Assembly: GCA_003344405.1 (NCBI GenBank)
Contig: NOWV01000103.1
Coordinates: 186,001-250,000, forward strand
Reading direction: 5' to 3'
Length of the DNA stretch: 64,000 nt
Source: Trichoplax sp. H2
Lineage: Eukaryota
The translations under genes were made by a program, and so were the position numbers. Shown one piece after another: positions 37,237 to 51,272 of the stretch. Position 1 is the stretch's first letter; the number at the start of each line of letters is the position of its first letter. Under the pieces are notes generated by a model, which did no database searches, was not told the DNA's origin, and was given only the letters and a program-made list of their open reading frames with translations.

Positions 37237-38669
37237 TTTAGTTTTTATATAAACGAAAGTTAAAAGACGATATTCTGTTATGATGGAGGACGATATTTGG
37301 TACACAAATCCTAGGATGCAAATGGTGAAGACCAACAATTATTCCTTAAATTAGATACGTGTGCCATAATAACTGTATTAGAGCTATAATTTAAGAAAAC
37401 GCTTGCTAGATGCTTGTAATTTATTTGTATGCGTCATCATGTGAACATTGTATAATATGATACATATTCTTATGGAAGAATTTAAATGCTTAACAAAATC
37501 TATACGTTAATTATCTTATCTAGTTAGGCCATAGAGTACTCGAGTAGTTCTATATGTTGATATTGTTCCCATTTATGCAACATTTTCAATATTCTAATTC
37601 ATATTTGTTAGCAAGGTCTTGGACACAGCTAGCCTTCGCCTTTGTTGAAGGCGTACACGCATAGACAATCACTACAAATGTTCGAATTGTAACAAATTTG
37701 CCTTTCTACAAAGAATTTTATGCAATGTATACATATCGCGTGTTTTTAAACACTGTGCTTTTGCTGCCCTGCGATAGCTATCGAAAGTCAATCATTATAT
37801 ACTATTTGTTGAGGTATAGAAAGCATTTTTAGCTACTATAGGATACTTTTTCACTTGCAAGTATAAACGAATTGTATTTGAATAATTTGAACAAATAATG
37901 ATTGCAATATGGAATCTATAAGTTTTTTTCTTGTTCAACGCATAGGTATTAATCTATTTAGGTTGATACTTACTGTAAACACGTTGTATGAAATTGCAAC
38001 TTGTAGATAAGGTTACAAAAACTGTTGACATTAAAATCGTAATTTAATTAAGAGTAAAATGTTTATATGGACTGTCACTGGAGTTACAGTATTTTACTTA
38101 CTACTATTGTACGTATTGCTCTTATGAATTAATTAAAATAAGTTTCAACATGGGCAAAAATGCCTTTATTCCTTTTTTTTGTTTTAAGCTTTATGGTGTA
38201 TTATCGTAAGATGGTTTATTGGGAGAGTTTAAAAATAGAGTAATTTTATAAAAAGTTAAGCACCTTAATCAAACGGTGCTGTTGTCCACTATTATTGGTA
38301 ACAATAGGAACTTATTTTGCATGCCATTGCTACAAAGTGTACAGGAAAAAATTGAAAAGTATCTGTAGATACTATAAAGTATAGTAACTATTTCAATTGG
38401 AGTATCTCTAATTGGCGCTAGTCTACAGTACTTCTACTTTGTAGACGTCTAAACAAAAGTTCACTATCCTTGCTTTATTATACAGCGCTATATGGTGATC
38501 CTGTATACGTTTACTGAAATCGTTTACCCATTTAAGACTAACTACATTGAACAAATAAGTTTCAAGCAAAAATATGTCGTAACAGCATAGTCTCGACCTG
38601 TATTCAGCCACACTCTGAATTAGTACAATTGTATATATATTTGTTAATATGTATATATATACAATGTGA

Positions 38670-38890
38670 TGGCTGCAGTACAGTACCGCGCATGGCACAA
38701 TACTGTAAACACTTGTACCGACCTTCCGTTAAACCCAAGATTTAAATTTGTTAAGGTTACTTCAAAGTAGGACTACAAAACAGCCCTCTGAGTACAGTCA
38801 GGACTAACAACAACTAATAGTATACGGACCGTACGAGATTCTTACTGTAGCTTTTCCCTACTTCTATGGTTACGGCACAGTACCGACTGA
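38670..38890. promoter_or_regulatory. CAGTA/TACTG-rich, GC-raised putative centlein promoter
   Basis: ctgcagtacagtaccgcgcatggcacaatactgta...gagtacagtc...cttactgtag...gcacagtaccg, 550-770 bp upstream of the ATG. Confidence 0.45.
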
Positions 38891-39437
38891 AACCGTTAAT
38901 AAATTCAATTCAATTGTTACGCTAAAGTGCCTTAGATTATATTTATTATTAGTCGTGGATACTAATTACGTTATCCGAAAGTCAATTCATTGCCAGCATT
39001 AATACTGAAACTTTGTTCCTATACTTTTAAAATTGCTTCGCTTTTGACCTGTGTTAGTCTTTGATATGGCTTATAGAATTACTCTTCAGTTTCTTAGCCA
39101 TTCATCATAATAGTCATATTGTAGTTTACTCGATGATAATTAACTGTACTGTATTTCATGATACGATTCGAGGCTGCATCAATTAAAATTAGACTAGAAT
39201 CAATATTATAATCCTTGCAAACTTTACCTTATTAATAGTAAGCAATTGTTAATATTTTCCATCAAATCGCCTGATCAATTTTAGCAAATGGTATCAAGGA
39301 CTAATCCATTTATACACTACATACAAAGAGTTACTTACCCTCCAATGTAATGTCCTATTTCAAGGGCATGATTGAATATTGAAACTTTGCTATTTAATCT
39401 TGAACATTGGCATACACGCGTACATTTTTCGATCAAT

Positions 39438-42400
39438 ATGGCCGATATATCTGGTAAGTGATGATTGGATGGATGTTACTCAAGATAGGCTACAAATAGT
39501 TTTAAAATCGCGTGCAGAACTTAGAATGAATAGGCAAAATTTTTAAATTACAATCATCAATTTTAGTTGAGTATTATAGTGTAAATTCGCATGAAACATC
39601 GATTTTTTAGGATAGTCTAATTGATATGCCCTGCTAATGGTGAGTTACAGCTAGCTACAGTATTCCACTCGTCTCTATTTACGATATGGACTGCTCCAAA
39701 ATGATTACCTAGAGGCATGATCTTTTTAATTTACTTGATTCGTCGTCGCAGCCGTAACACAATTGTTGCAAGTATGATATACTCTCTATGTACGTATTTT
39801 ATTAAGATATAAACATTTTAGAAACCCACAAAAGTATATGATTATTATAGTCCAAAATAAATGGACGCCAAGATATGAGATGACATGCTAATATTCCTAT
39901 TAATTTAAATTGAGCAATTACAATTCACTTTTCAACTGTACAAAATGCATCCGACGTATTAGTCCAGTATAGCTACCCTACAATAACGTTTCATTACGTA
40001 CAATTTTTATTCTATTCTACTTGCTGATTTATTAAGATCTATTTAATGCACAAACATCCATTGCCGTATGTTTTTCACAAAACAACTATACTATAAAGAC
40101 ATAAGTGTATCCTTGTGACCTATGAAGAAGATTCGTGTGCAATTTTTAAATCGAATTCATAATTATGCGTGATTATATCAGGAAATGGATCAATTGATCA
40201 TGTACCAGCTACTATAGCAAACTTACAAGATGAACTTAATCGCTGCAAGGTCAGAGCTCTAATATATCTACATGTCTAATTTAAAGAACTCGTGATGATC
40301 GATATTTACTTGCCATTGAACGGCTATTTTTAAGCTTTAATCGTATAAATAGATGCGTAACGTAATCGTAGTATAGTAATGACTTATTTCATGAACGATA
40401 GTTAATTAACCTAAGCAAATATTGAGACGTCCTATAATAAAAAACTATCTGAATTTCTATCTTGGTAAATTAAATTATAAAGCTTCAAATTTTCTATGTA
40501 GGCCGATAAAGAATTTGTCTGGTCTTTATGGAGACGGTTGCAAAGTACTCGACCTGATTTAACAGCAGCTATTACCATGGTTGTTGAAAGGTTAGCACTA
40601 GTACACTACTACTGTACGCATATACTAGTACATCTCAACTATTTTACTTTGACATACCATGGCCATTTGCAGAGAAAAAAATAAAGCTGAAGATAAAGAT
40701 AAGAAAATACTTGAAGTTATGAGAAGCAAAGATGCCTATATATTGCAACTACAAGAAGTAAATAGATATGCGAAAATTTTATTTTATGTCTTTAAAATAC
40801 TTTATCAATAGCCAGTGAATAAACTAACTTTTAAAATTGAATCTTAATAGACGATTAATCAGACAGAAAAAACATTACAAGATAAAAAGAAAAGGTAGTG
40901 TATATTAATTGGCCAGTGATAGCAATTATCGTAGCTAATTATCGAGCCGACAACATACTCCTATATGTGTTGCTATTTATGCTATTCTTTTAAAATAGTA
41001 AATCAATGTACTCTATCATCTTCATCAGACAATAAAATTAATGTAAGCAATTCACTTACAATGCCTATGAGTATATGCAAATATATGTAGAATTACATTT
41101 CATAATACCATATTAAAAGCGATACTTAAATGCACGCCCAATGTGCTGTTACTACAACAAATAGGCATCATTTGGCAAAAATATCATACACAGTATATGG
41201 TTTTTAATCCATTAAATACGATATCGCTTATATTTCAGTCTAGACGATAAGGAAGCTCAATTAAGCCAAATACAACAATATATAGAGGATGAAAAAGCAT
41301 TACACTTGAAAGAGAAAAATGAACTCTTCGCTGAAAAACAAGTTTTGAATGATTTGGTAATTTGATTTTCTCCATTCGATTTAAGTTCCCCAAACAAAAT
41401 TAAAATTAGCTATAAATTTGTTTAAGTAGAATTGATTCTGATGGTAAAAATAAATAAAATTATTGAAAAATTTACTTATATCAACATAAACCAAGATATG
41501 GACTATGTAATGAACGCTGTAACGTAGTGTAATGTGTGTAATGTCAGATATCTTACTTATGGATTTATTTAATGATGACAGATTCAAACAAAGGAGACTC
41601 AGAGTAAGCTAAAAGATGAATTAAATGATAAACATCTTAAAGAACAACAAGGAATAAATGAAGGTAATCATCAATTCTGACCGAGGAGTAACTAGCACAA
41701 TCTAAAATAATCGTCAAATCGTATTTTAAAACACTTAAATTTGTTTTTCATTTTATCTAATGATTTTGCTGTATAACAAGCTTATTCTACGAAGTAGGAG
41801 TAAACTTCTGTGATCTTTCTTGTCAGCTTTAGAAAGTAAAGTTAATAATTTAGAAGAAGCTGTGAGTAAAAGTGAGAGAAAAATGCAAGACTTGAAAGTC
41901 CATGAAAAGGTTTAATAGCAAAACTGGAGTATATTTGCTAAGATATCGTCAATGACTATTCTACAAATTATACATTTCTAATCCTTGTTGAAATACATAG
42001 CAACTGTTAGCAAAACAACAAAAGTATCTGGATCGGTGTAATACTTTAACTGCAGAGGTTCGTTATAAGTTGAAATAGTTTACTTTCTTATCATCCTTAA
42101 ATAATATTAATGGAATGTTGCTTACATTATTGCAAAATTAGAAGGAAGAAATTACCGCAGCATTTGCCCAAAAGCAGAATATTTTGGAACAGCAGCATAC
42201 TCAATCAGTTCAACAATATATTCAGGAAGCTGAGGAGAAGGATAAGCACATAAAAGCACTGCAGTAAGTTATTATAACGTTGCAAAGATTTTGAAATATT
42301 TATATAAAATTAGCCCTACGTATTCGACTAAATGCGATAGATAGAATAATGATAGTGATATAGCTATAAACTGGGATTTTAAAGAATAGCCAGAGTGGTA

Positions 42401-45400
42401 TTCTAAAAGTTTTAGCATTAATTTGAATTGATTCTATATTAATAACCCTAATGTATCAATCAATTTTTAATCAAATAAGAATTTCTCTGCATTAGCTTTA
42501 GCATTTATCCAATCTAGGTATCGAATAATCTTTACCGCTGTACACAGTATTGCGGACACGATACTTTTTGTTCATGGTGTAACTTTTCTTAACAACAGGA
42601 AAGAATTAAAATCTTGTTCGAAGGAAGTTCAGAAACAATCCGATGATATTCAAAACATTAAAATCAAGTTCGAAACTGGTATGAAATGAATATGATAATA
42701 CTCTATTTTTACGTTGGCAGTAGTAAAAATTGAGATCTATTCGATCTTTTTATTATAAATCGAGTATTAGTTGACTTTGTCTAATTCATGTCAACAAGTC
42801 TGTTCATTTTACTCCGAGCCTGAGTAACTATTAGACCATGCATTTTTTAATTGGGTAAAATTCGATAAATTAAGTGTTATTATATTGCAGTATTAGTACG
42901 ATATAACAAAAGCATCACGGTTAGCCAACAGGCAATAATGTAGTATTTCTATCATTCAAGCAAATGCTTGTACCATTGAAAGTTATATTAATTGACAGCT
43001 TATTAAGTGTTAACATTACTCTATGGATAATTAATATTAAATATTATTTTTCGGCTTAATGGATTTTATCCTGGCTATCTAGTGCTACTAAAACTAGCGA
43101 TAAATTAAATCTGTACTGTCAATAACCGGTTAATATATAAATATACCACAATTTTTGAATACATAACAAATGCGCAAAAAAGATTCTCGTATATTGCCCA
43201 GAACTTGAGTGATCAGATATTTTTTAATAATTGAACATTAATAAATTACTAGTAATATAACAAAACTATTAAGTATGTATGGAAAGAATTTAAAATTTAA
43301 TTAATTTTAAAATGAATTGCATGTATTACAACCATGTAAATAGAAAAGAAAAACATCGAAAACCAATATGAAAGGAAATTGGAATCCCTTCAAGCGGTTT
43401 GTGTTGTGTATTACTATCTAGAGTTAAGACTGATAGCCGTATTGAAGATTCGCACTGCTCTCAATTAGCATGGGAGACAAGAAATTGAACGCGTAGTTAA
43501 AGTTATTATAACACTAAGTACTAACTACAGTACTTATACTCTCTCTATATTATATTGAAAAATGGCGGCATATATAAATGCACCGTTTACATTTATAACG
43601 CATCGTAAATGATAAGTTTGTTTAACAGCATATTCATTAGTGTACGCAATACAATCCACAATTAATATTAAAATTAACAAGTGAAGAATAACACATTTGT
43701 AGAATACCATAAATCCTACTATCATTATCCTTCCTAGAAAACAATATTAATCTGTACTAGAATCGATATTTTGCAGGAGATGAATGATGTTATGGCACAA
43801 TTTGAACAATTGCGAAATCGAGAACAGCAAAATCAATTGGAAAGAAAGAATCAGGTAATTAATTCTATTTTAATCTAATGTAATTATAGATGCTATTGAT
43901 TATTTCTAGATATAAATTATCAATGTTTTGGCAATTCCTAAATACAACTGAATCCGTTGTTCATAAGAAATTAACCAGAATCAATTATTGATTTCGAAAG
44001 AATACACACTACGTTTATGTTAAAATTAATGTTATAGCTCATACGATTTTATTGTTACAGAAACACCTTGAAAGTGATGTTATCGAACTAGAAGAAGAAG
44101 TCGAACAGCTAAGCAATAGTTTGCAAATGAAAGACAGGTTAGATAGTTCTCTTTAATAAAATGCTATCAGTTTCACCAATAGATCATTTATCGTAATCCG
44201 TTGTTAAGATCACAATATAGGCTATTATACAATACTTCCAAATATCGTATAGCATTAATTTTAGAGTACATTAAAGTAGAAGTGGTGCAAAATTGTAATA
44301 AATAAATAAACTAATTCAGCTAATCGTAGACTTTTGCGATGGAATGAATAAGCCAGAAATTAATATCATCATAAAAAAATTGCTGTCGTTTCAATAAAAA
44401 TCAAAAAATTATTTAGATTAATAGAATCACTTGAACGGGCATTAGCAAAACGTCCCATGGTGAATGATGATGAAAATTCTACCAATGCAACAAAATTAAA
44501 TGTAATTATTTCGATCTCAATACTATATATGTACCATATACTGCATATTCCTCATTCGATATCTTATTAATCTAGAAGTATTATGGTTACCGTTCTCTGA
44601 AATACATTAACTCTCAATCACTATATATCTCTTATTCCAAAAGGCTATACTATATATTCTCATATTTCACTTCATTTTTGTTACGTGATGATGTTAATTT
44701 TTAGACTACAACAAGTAATGAACTTCCGTTATCACCGTCAGAATATGCGACAGATTATTCTGATAGCAGCAGAGACACATTAATCTATGCTTTAACTAAA
44801 AAGGTAAAAATAGTCTAGTATTAATGTTGTGAGTCAAGGAAATCTCTCTAGATAAATCGACGTCCATACTTTTACTTCATTACGCTATAATAAATTGACA
44901 AAATTGGATCATCTCCTAGACTGCCGAAGTTCATGAGTTGAAAAGAGCGCATAAAAATCGATTAAATCGTTTAAAATCATTGCAAGAGGCTCATAAGTTA
45001 GCACTGCAACAACTCCAAACATATGATGAATATCAAAGGTATCTCAAAGACATGGCAGTAACAGAATCTTGATTACTATTTTATTAATCATAGCCATATT
45101 TTCTCTTGAATCGATGCTTAGTCTTATTCTCCACTTAAAAAGGATACTAACATTTATTTCTATACTAGGGAAAGAACTACTCCTCCACCACGTGTTGATG
45201 GCCGATTACTACGACAGGAAGATAGTGATGCAGTCTGGAACGAACTTGCTCACTATAGAGTAGAAAATCAAATTTTGCGACAACAAAAGTAAATAGTAGC
45301 CAAGTTCCTGCTATATATCAGTTGTTCTATTCATAAAACTAGCAATTTCTTGCGGATAATTCATTTCTGACATTGAAAGCATTTAAACGCCTATTAATAA

Positions 45401-48400
45401 TGCCTGATTTGTAAAATAGTATCGAAGATCAGGAAGAAATCGACTGCCTCCGAGTTCGTGTGGCTCATGATGCAGCAGCTATCCAAGAATTAGAAAAAGT
45501 AGTTCAGCAGAAAGAATCCTGTAGGAATAGCTTATTATGTCTATCATCGTTTTCTTCTTTACTATTGCATCAGTTTCAGGATTAGGTACGATAAGTCTTG
45601 CATTTTTGCCAAATTTGACAGATCAAAAATTAGCTAAAAGTCTAGAATTACGCCATAATAATCTAAGTGATGAACTAGCAGGATGTAAATTTGAGGTAAA
45701 TATACAAATATAATTGTATCTTGTAAATAGAATATTTGATATGGAGGCATCTAAAATGAGAACGATTTTAATGTAGTTAAAATATTAACCCTAGTCTTGT
45801 ATTTGCATTTTATCCTGCCTATCAAAGGCTAAGACGCTAGAGCAAGCCAAACAAACTCTAGAAATAGATAAAATGAAGATAATCGAGGAGAGATCGTAAG
45901 CTTGCCTATAACATGACTACTTATAGGCATGATTTAGACCTATACAAATAGCTTTCTGATCACTTAAATATTCAATTCAACTTTTGAAATTTTTTGATTT
46001 GAATTTAAACTAGCGCTCTACAAGAAGAAGTAAACATTCTAAAACGAAGTGTTGAAAGCATGTATAAGCAACAACAAGTCATGAAAAATGTTATTGCAAG
46101 GGAACGAGAACTACAATCACCACTTACTGTTGAGTCAAAAATTCAGCAAGAAATGAATAGTAGCAAGGCAGCAGTAGAGGAGAAATTGGAGAACACCAGC
46201 AAGCGACAAATAGAGGACGAACAATTCAGTCGAGATGATTCGTCAAAAGTAAACACTTCAGTTCAAACGGAAACCTCCATTAATAAAGAAAATCACAAGG
46301 TGGCATGGACAAATACATCATCCATTGATATCCTAGTAATCTTAGCTATGGCTGAAACTTGCAACTTTATTTTGCTTATTCACTATAAACTTCTTTTGCC
46401 TTTCACAGACTACTGTCATTGAGAACTTGGAGAAACAATTGCTAGTCTTGGAGCAAAGGCTAGATCAGCAACAAAAAGATCAAGCTAATCTAAATGATCA
46501 TGTTAGCATCGGAGTTAGTACTGCAGTCACAACGATGAACAAAGAGGTTCAAACAGAAGATTTACTAGAAACGGATGAAAATAGCGAATTTAGCGACGAT
46601 GAAGATAAATTTAAATCCGATGTTCAGGATCTAAAGGACAAGGTTAACATCCGTCAGTCTTCTCCTATCGGCAAGACCCCATCAAAGCCATCTTATCCAT
46701 CTACACAACCTAAAAAAAGAATGTTATATGGAAATCAACGATTGGGTGCTAAGAACCGTAGCTTAAAAGCTCAAGTACAAAGCTTACGACGACAGGTAGA
46801 TCTAAGTAAAACTTTCTCTATAACTATGATAACGGTATTTAAGAGTTGAAAGTATCAGCTGAATTTTCGTCAAGTAAATTTCTCACCTACCATCTATAGC
46901 CTTTACCTGCGGCTGTTTTTATTGTGCGCAACTTAGATCATATAAATTAGGTTATAACATTTCGTAGTAGTCATGAACGCTGTTTGTCTATTAATTAAAT
47001 CGACACTGTTTTGATCGTAAATAATCCAAAGATCTACTTATAATAACTACTACAGAGATTATCGAGACTTTATTCGTTAATTGCTGCGTAAAATAGTTGG
47101 TCAGTAGATACTAAGAATAAGCACTTTTTTCTATCCGATCGTTTCTTTATAGATTCGAGTTGTTCACGAGGCGAAAAGAAGTATAGAAAAGTTATTTGCG
47201 GATGCGAAAGTCAAAAATCATCAGTTGGAATCTGAATTTAATTTGGCTCAACAACGCCTTAAATTAAATAAGCAATCGTTACAGGTTAGTCGTTAGTTCG
47301 ACTAAAAATTTCATATACCGAGTTATATATTAGGAGGATTGAAGTCAAATTTTTTAGCCACTATTATTTAGTATTTATGGTATATGATCATCCTCAATAT
47401 TCGTTCCTGATAGTTTATAATTTTACAATTTTATTTGCCTGGGATTATAAATTATCTATAAGCCAGGGCGTTGCTATGTATTGATATTTGGCTATCGATA
47501 AAATTAATCTCAATGATAGAATACATATCGAGATTATATAAGTTAACGGTCACAATTTCTTTCTCCTAACTGGGCAGAAATTGTCGAAGGAATTAGAAGA
47601 GTGTCAGAGCGAAAATTTTAAACTGCAAAAAGAGTCTATTGCTGAAATTCCTCCTCCTAAACGAACTGAAAATGACTGGCGCCAATTAGAGTTAAAAGTC
47701 AAAGTAAAGCGATTTTTTCTAGAATTACTGATAAAAATACTGCCTATTTCACTTTAAAATCATTTTTAATTTATCAACATATTTTATTTTGTCAAGACCT
47801 ATTTGAATGATTGTGCACGACTCAATAATCAAGTTAAATCCTTGAAAAATGATTTAACTACAAAAGATGAAAGTTTAAAATCTAATCAAGATAGGTAAAC
47901 TCATAAAATTGATTTTGATAATTCACAAAACGAAGAATAAGTAAATTAGTATCTTGAGATAGGACTTTGCGAACAAAATAAATGAAGAATGTTTAATATC
48001 TTATCTTAATATGGACTATCGTTGCAACAGATTAAACAGACTTGAGAGAAGTGTAGTTCAGAAGAAGGTTTTAATCGATGAGTTGAAATCGAAAGTAAAA
48101 TCCTTCCAAGAAGAATTAGCGGGTGCTGATGATAGCAGGAAGGAGATTGAGCAGCACTCTAAAGCAGTATTAGAAACTAGTAACTTCCGCAAAAAACAGG
48201 TATGAAAACATTGAAGGTTACTGAGCAATAGGATAACAGCATATTTTTGCTTGTAGAGCAATACTTGCATGGAGATTACTAAATAATAAGGATAGCAGAA
48301 TGTTCTTTCAAAAGAATATTAAACCTTTATTTCTATGATGGATTTAATATGTAGTGTAGAACTAGATTACTCAAACATAGCTTGATAGTACTACTGCTTC

Positions 48401-50955
48401 GAAATTGTCAGCAGAAATGATGGACGTAATAAGTAAATCAAATAAAAGTATCCATACTTTTATGCATTCCTAAATTTGAAAAATTCACCAATATATGATT
48501 AATTATTCATTGATTTGATACATCTACTTTTTATGGCGTTAACTTATATTTAGCACTGATTTTAAATTTTTTATTAGATTAGTTTTTAGATAATGTTTCG
48601 TCTATAATAAGGCCATGATTCTGAGCATTTGTAACACATAAATTATAATCTTGTTCATATTATCTTATTAATATTGTTGCAAAGATATAACAACTCCACC
48701 ATCATTTTTATAGCTTAGCTATTACGTAAAGATTTCCTCCTTTGAAATATAGACTTTCAGTTTACTTGGCTGTTTATTAATCGTTTGATATAGGCAATAC
48801 ATAATTCAACATTCTTATTACATTTTAGGGCTCATATACTTAGTAGATTATTTTAAAATTTTTATACTAGAATCGATAGTAAATGCTTACGTACTTCTTT
48901 GATAGGTTCTTAGCTTGAAACAAAAATTAGCCTTCGAAAGTCAAGCAAGACAAGATTTGCAGCAAAAATATGCCAAATGTCAGTTAGAACTCGATCGAAA
49001 GGTATTAAGTTTACTATAGTATACATGATAATACTGTGTAAAGTAGTTCATGCCTGCTTTTCATTCTTATTATTTCGTGCTATTGCATAATTATATAGCT
49101 AATGATGAGTTGCGGTATTAACCGGTTAAGCTAAATAAAAATAGATATGAAATAATATAATTAATACTTGACTTACTAAAGAATTTCAAGTTAAGAATTA
49201 GCAATCTTTGTTAGCGTAAATGGATTGTATGCTATTGAAGATACTGAATTACTTTACAAGCTGTAATTGCAATTTAAGTTGAAGGCGTCTACCTTGACTA
49301 AATTAAAAATATATATAATTTATTCAATGCGGTAGCTACTAAATAATATCAAGTTGAAAGTGATAAAAATTTTTTGCGGCCCCAATGGGTTAGATAGTCT
49401 TTGGTATTACGAGCTGCTCTAGTACATAGTTGGTTATGCAGATAGCCAATTCGTGAATTATAAGGTTGTCTACTGTACCCGAAATAAAAATATGAAATAG
49501 GGTATTCAATACTTGATTCAATAAGTAATTTCAAGCTAAGAATAACAAATTCTAGTTGGATCAAAATGAAACGTATAATATTGCAGATTACGAACTGTAT
49601 TTTTCTCGTATACTTTGCTCTAGAACATGCAGTTAAATCAAGTGCAAGCAAAATATTCACGAGCTACTGCTGTAGCAAATGCGGTGGAAGCTGCAGCAAC
49701 CGAACAGATGCAAGGTTTAGCCAATGATAGTCAAAATGCTCTATCCGCAGCAAGAGAAAAGCTTAAACAGGCCTATCAAGTTATCGATGAATTTAATGCT
49801 TTTGCCAAGGTATCAATTAAAGAATTAATTTATTAATAAATAGTAAGTTATAATTGAAATAAATATTAACTTGGATTCCTAATTAAATCGCATAGGCACT
49901 GATTGAAGAAATGTTAAAGCAGCTCGGTAGCTATCGCAACGTTCTTGCAACGTCTCCGGTAAATAATCTAGACCAGGAAGATCTATCATCGGATACTATT
50001 AAAAAGGCAAAATTGATGGCATGTTCTATTTTAAATTTGTCTGATAACGACTTGGACGAAATTATGCAATCGGCAACAGCATTGCAAGAATGTTCTAAGG
50101 TAAATCCATAAGAAAATATTTGAGTTTCCTGTAGGTATACCGAAATTTTTCATGAACCAGAACATTCATTAATGGCTAACTGATAAATTTGTAAAAGTGT
50201 AGGTCTAAATTAAAAGGTTGCAATCAACACTAGTAAAAATGAAGCTATATTGGTATTTCATTATCTCTTAAAGATAGTAGTTACTAGTAAGAGTTTTAAG
50301 AGCACCAAATTCTGTACTTAATTACGAGTCTATATCTAGCTGCAGAAGTGCATCGGTTACGACATCCTTATTTCAATTTATGTAAAAGTAGATGAAGAAT
50401 TTGCTCATATATACAGTATCCGAGTATAAATGATTGTACTTGGGTTAAATATTGGAACTCCTGAATTTGATGAAACCTCTTGAGAATTGTAATAAGTTTA
50501 TCATGTTACTTTATTGCATATATAATTTTTAGTCACTCTTCATGCTACATCTTTATAGATTCTTACTTTATTAATTTTACATACATTGTTACACAAATGA
50601 TGACACTATTATAGATAGAAGAGCAGAAAAAAGAAGACGAAATATGGTTGAAGCGTTTACACACTACATTAAACTCCAAGGTAAAGAGAGCATTGATTGT
50701 GAATAAAGAGTGTAGATACTATCGCCAGATAACTTTCAAGCTCATAATTTTAACTACTTTAAACTATAATTTGTGCTATACTGTACTTTAATTGTTATAT
50801 AATAATGTTAAAGATCATGAAAGATTAATAGTTAATGAAGAATTCGATATCTTTCAATTTTACAGCCACCATTTGCAGCTTCTTTACTGGGATTAATATT
50901 AGACATTTTACAATCTATACTTGAAGTAAGTAATGGAAAAGACTGCACAAGCTGA
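39438..50955 (+). CDS. CNTLN: Centlein (centrosomal coiled-coil protein), more than 30 exons
   Basis: MADISG|...LQDELNRCK|ADKEFVWSLWRRLQSTRPDLTAAITMVVER|EKNKAEDKDKKILEVMRSKD; HELKRAHKNRLNRLKSLQ; RQEDSDAVWNELAHYRVEN; MACSILNLSDNDLDEIM; final exon PPFAASLL. These match centlein conserved blocks. The 3' end could differ if GAA|gtaagt near 50925 is used as a donor. Confidence 0.9.
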
Positions 50956-51272
50956 ATTCAATAGTGTAAGTAACTAACACAAATAATCACATTTATAACT
51001 ACCGCTGTTAACTAAATACAAAGAGATCAAAGACAGCTCGAAGGTAAAGTAAGATTTTTTGAACTTTTAGTTAGCTTGATCCGAGATGAAATCGCATACG
51101 TCAGCATGGCTGAACTGGTCGAACGAAATATTTGTATATTTTTATAACGCGAAAATGCTAATGAAAGTGTACAGTACACTTTTCTACCATCAAATGCTCA
51201 AATTTTTCATATAATTTATTGTTAATATCGAAAGCGTTTATTACTGTCATTATTACGTTATTTTAGAGTAGT

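Noticed and set aside
49336-49390. Possible extra centlein exon
   Set aside because: Exons ending at 49001 and starting at 49624 already join in phase, and the coding-looking frame here contains a stop.
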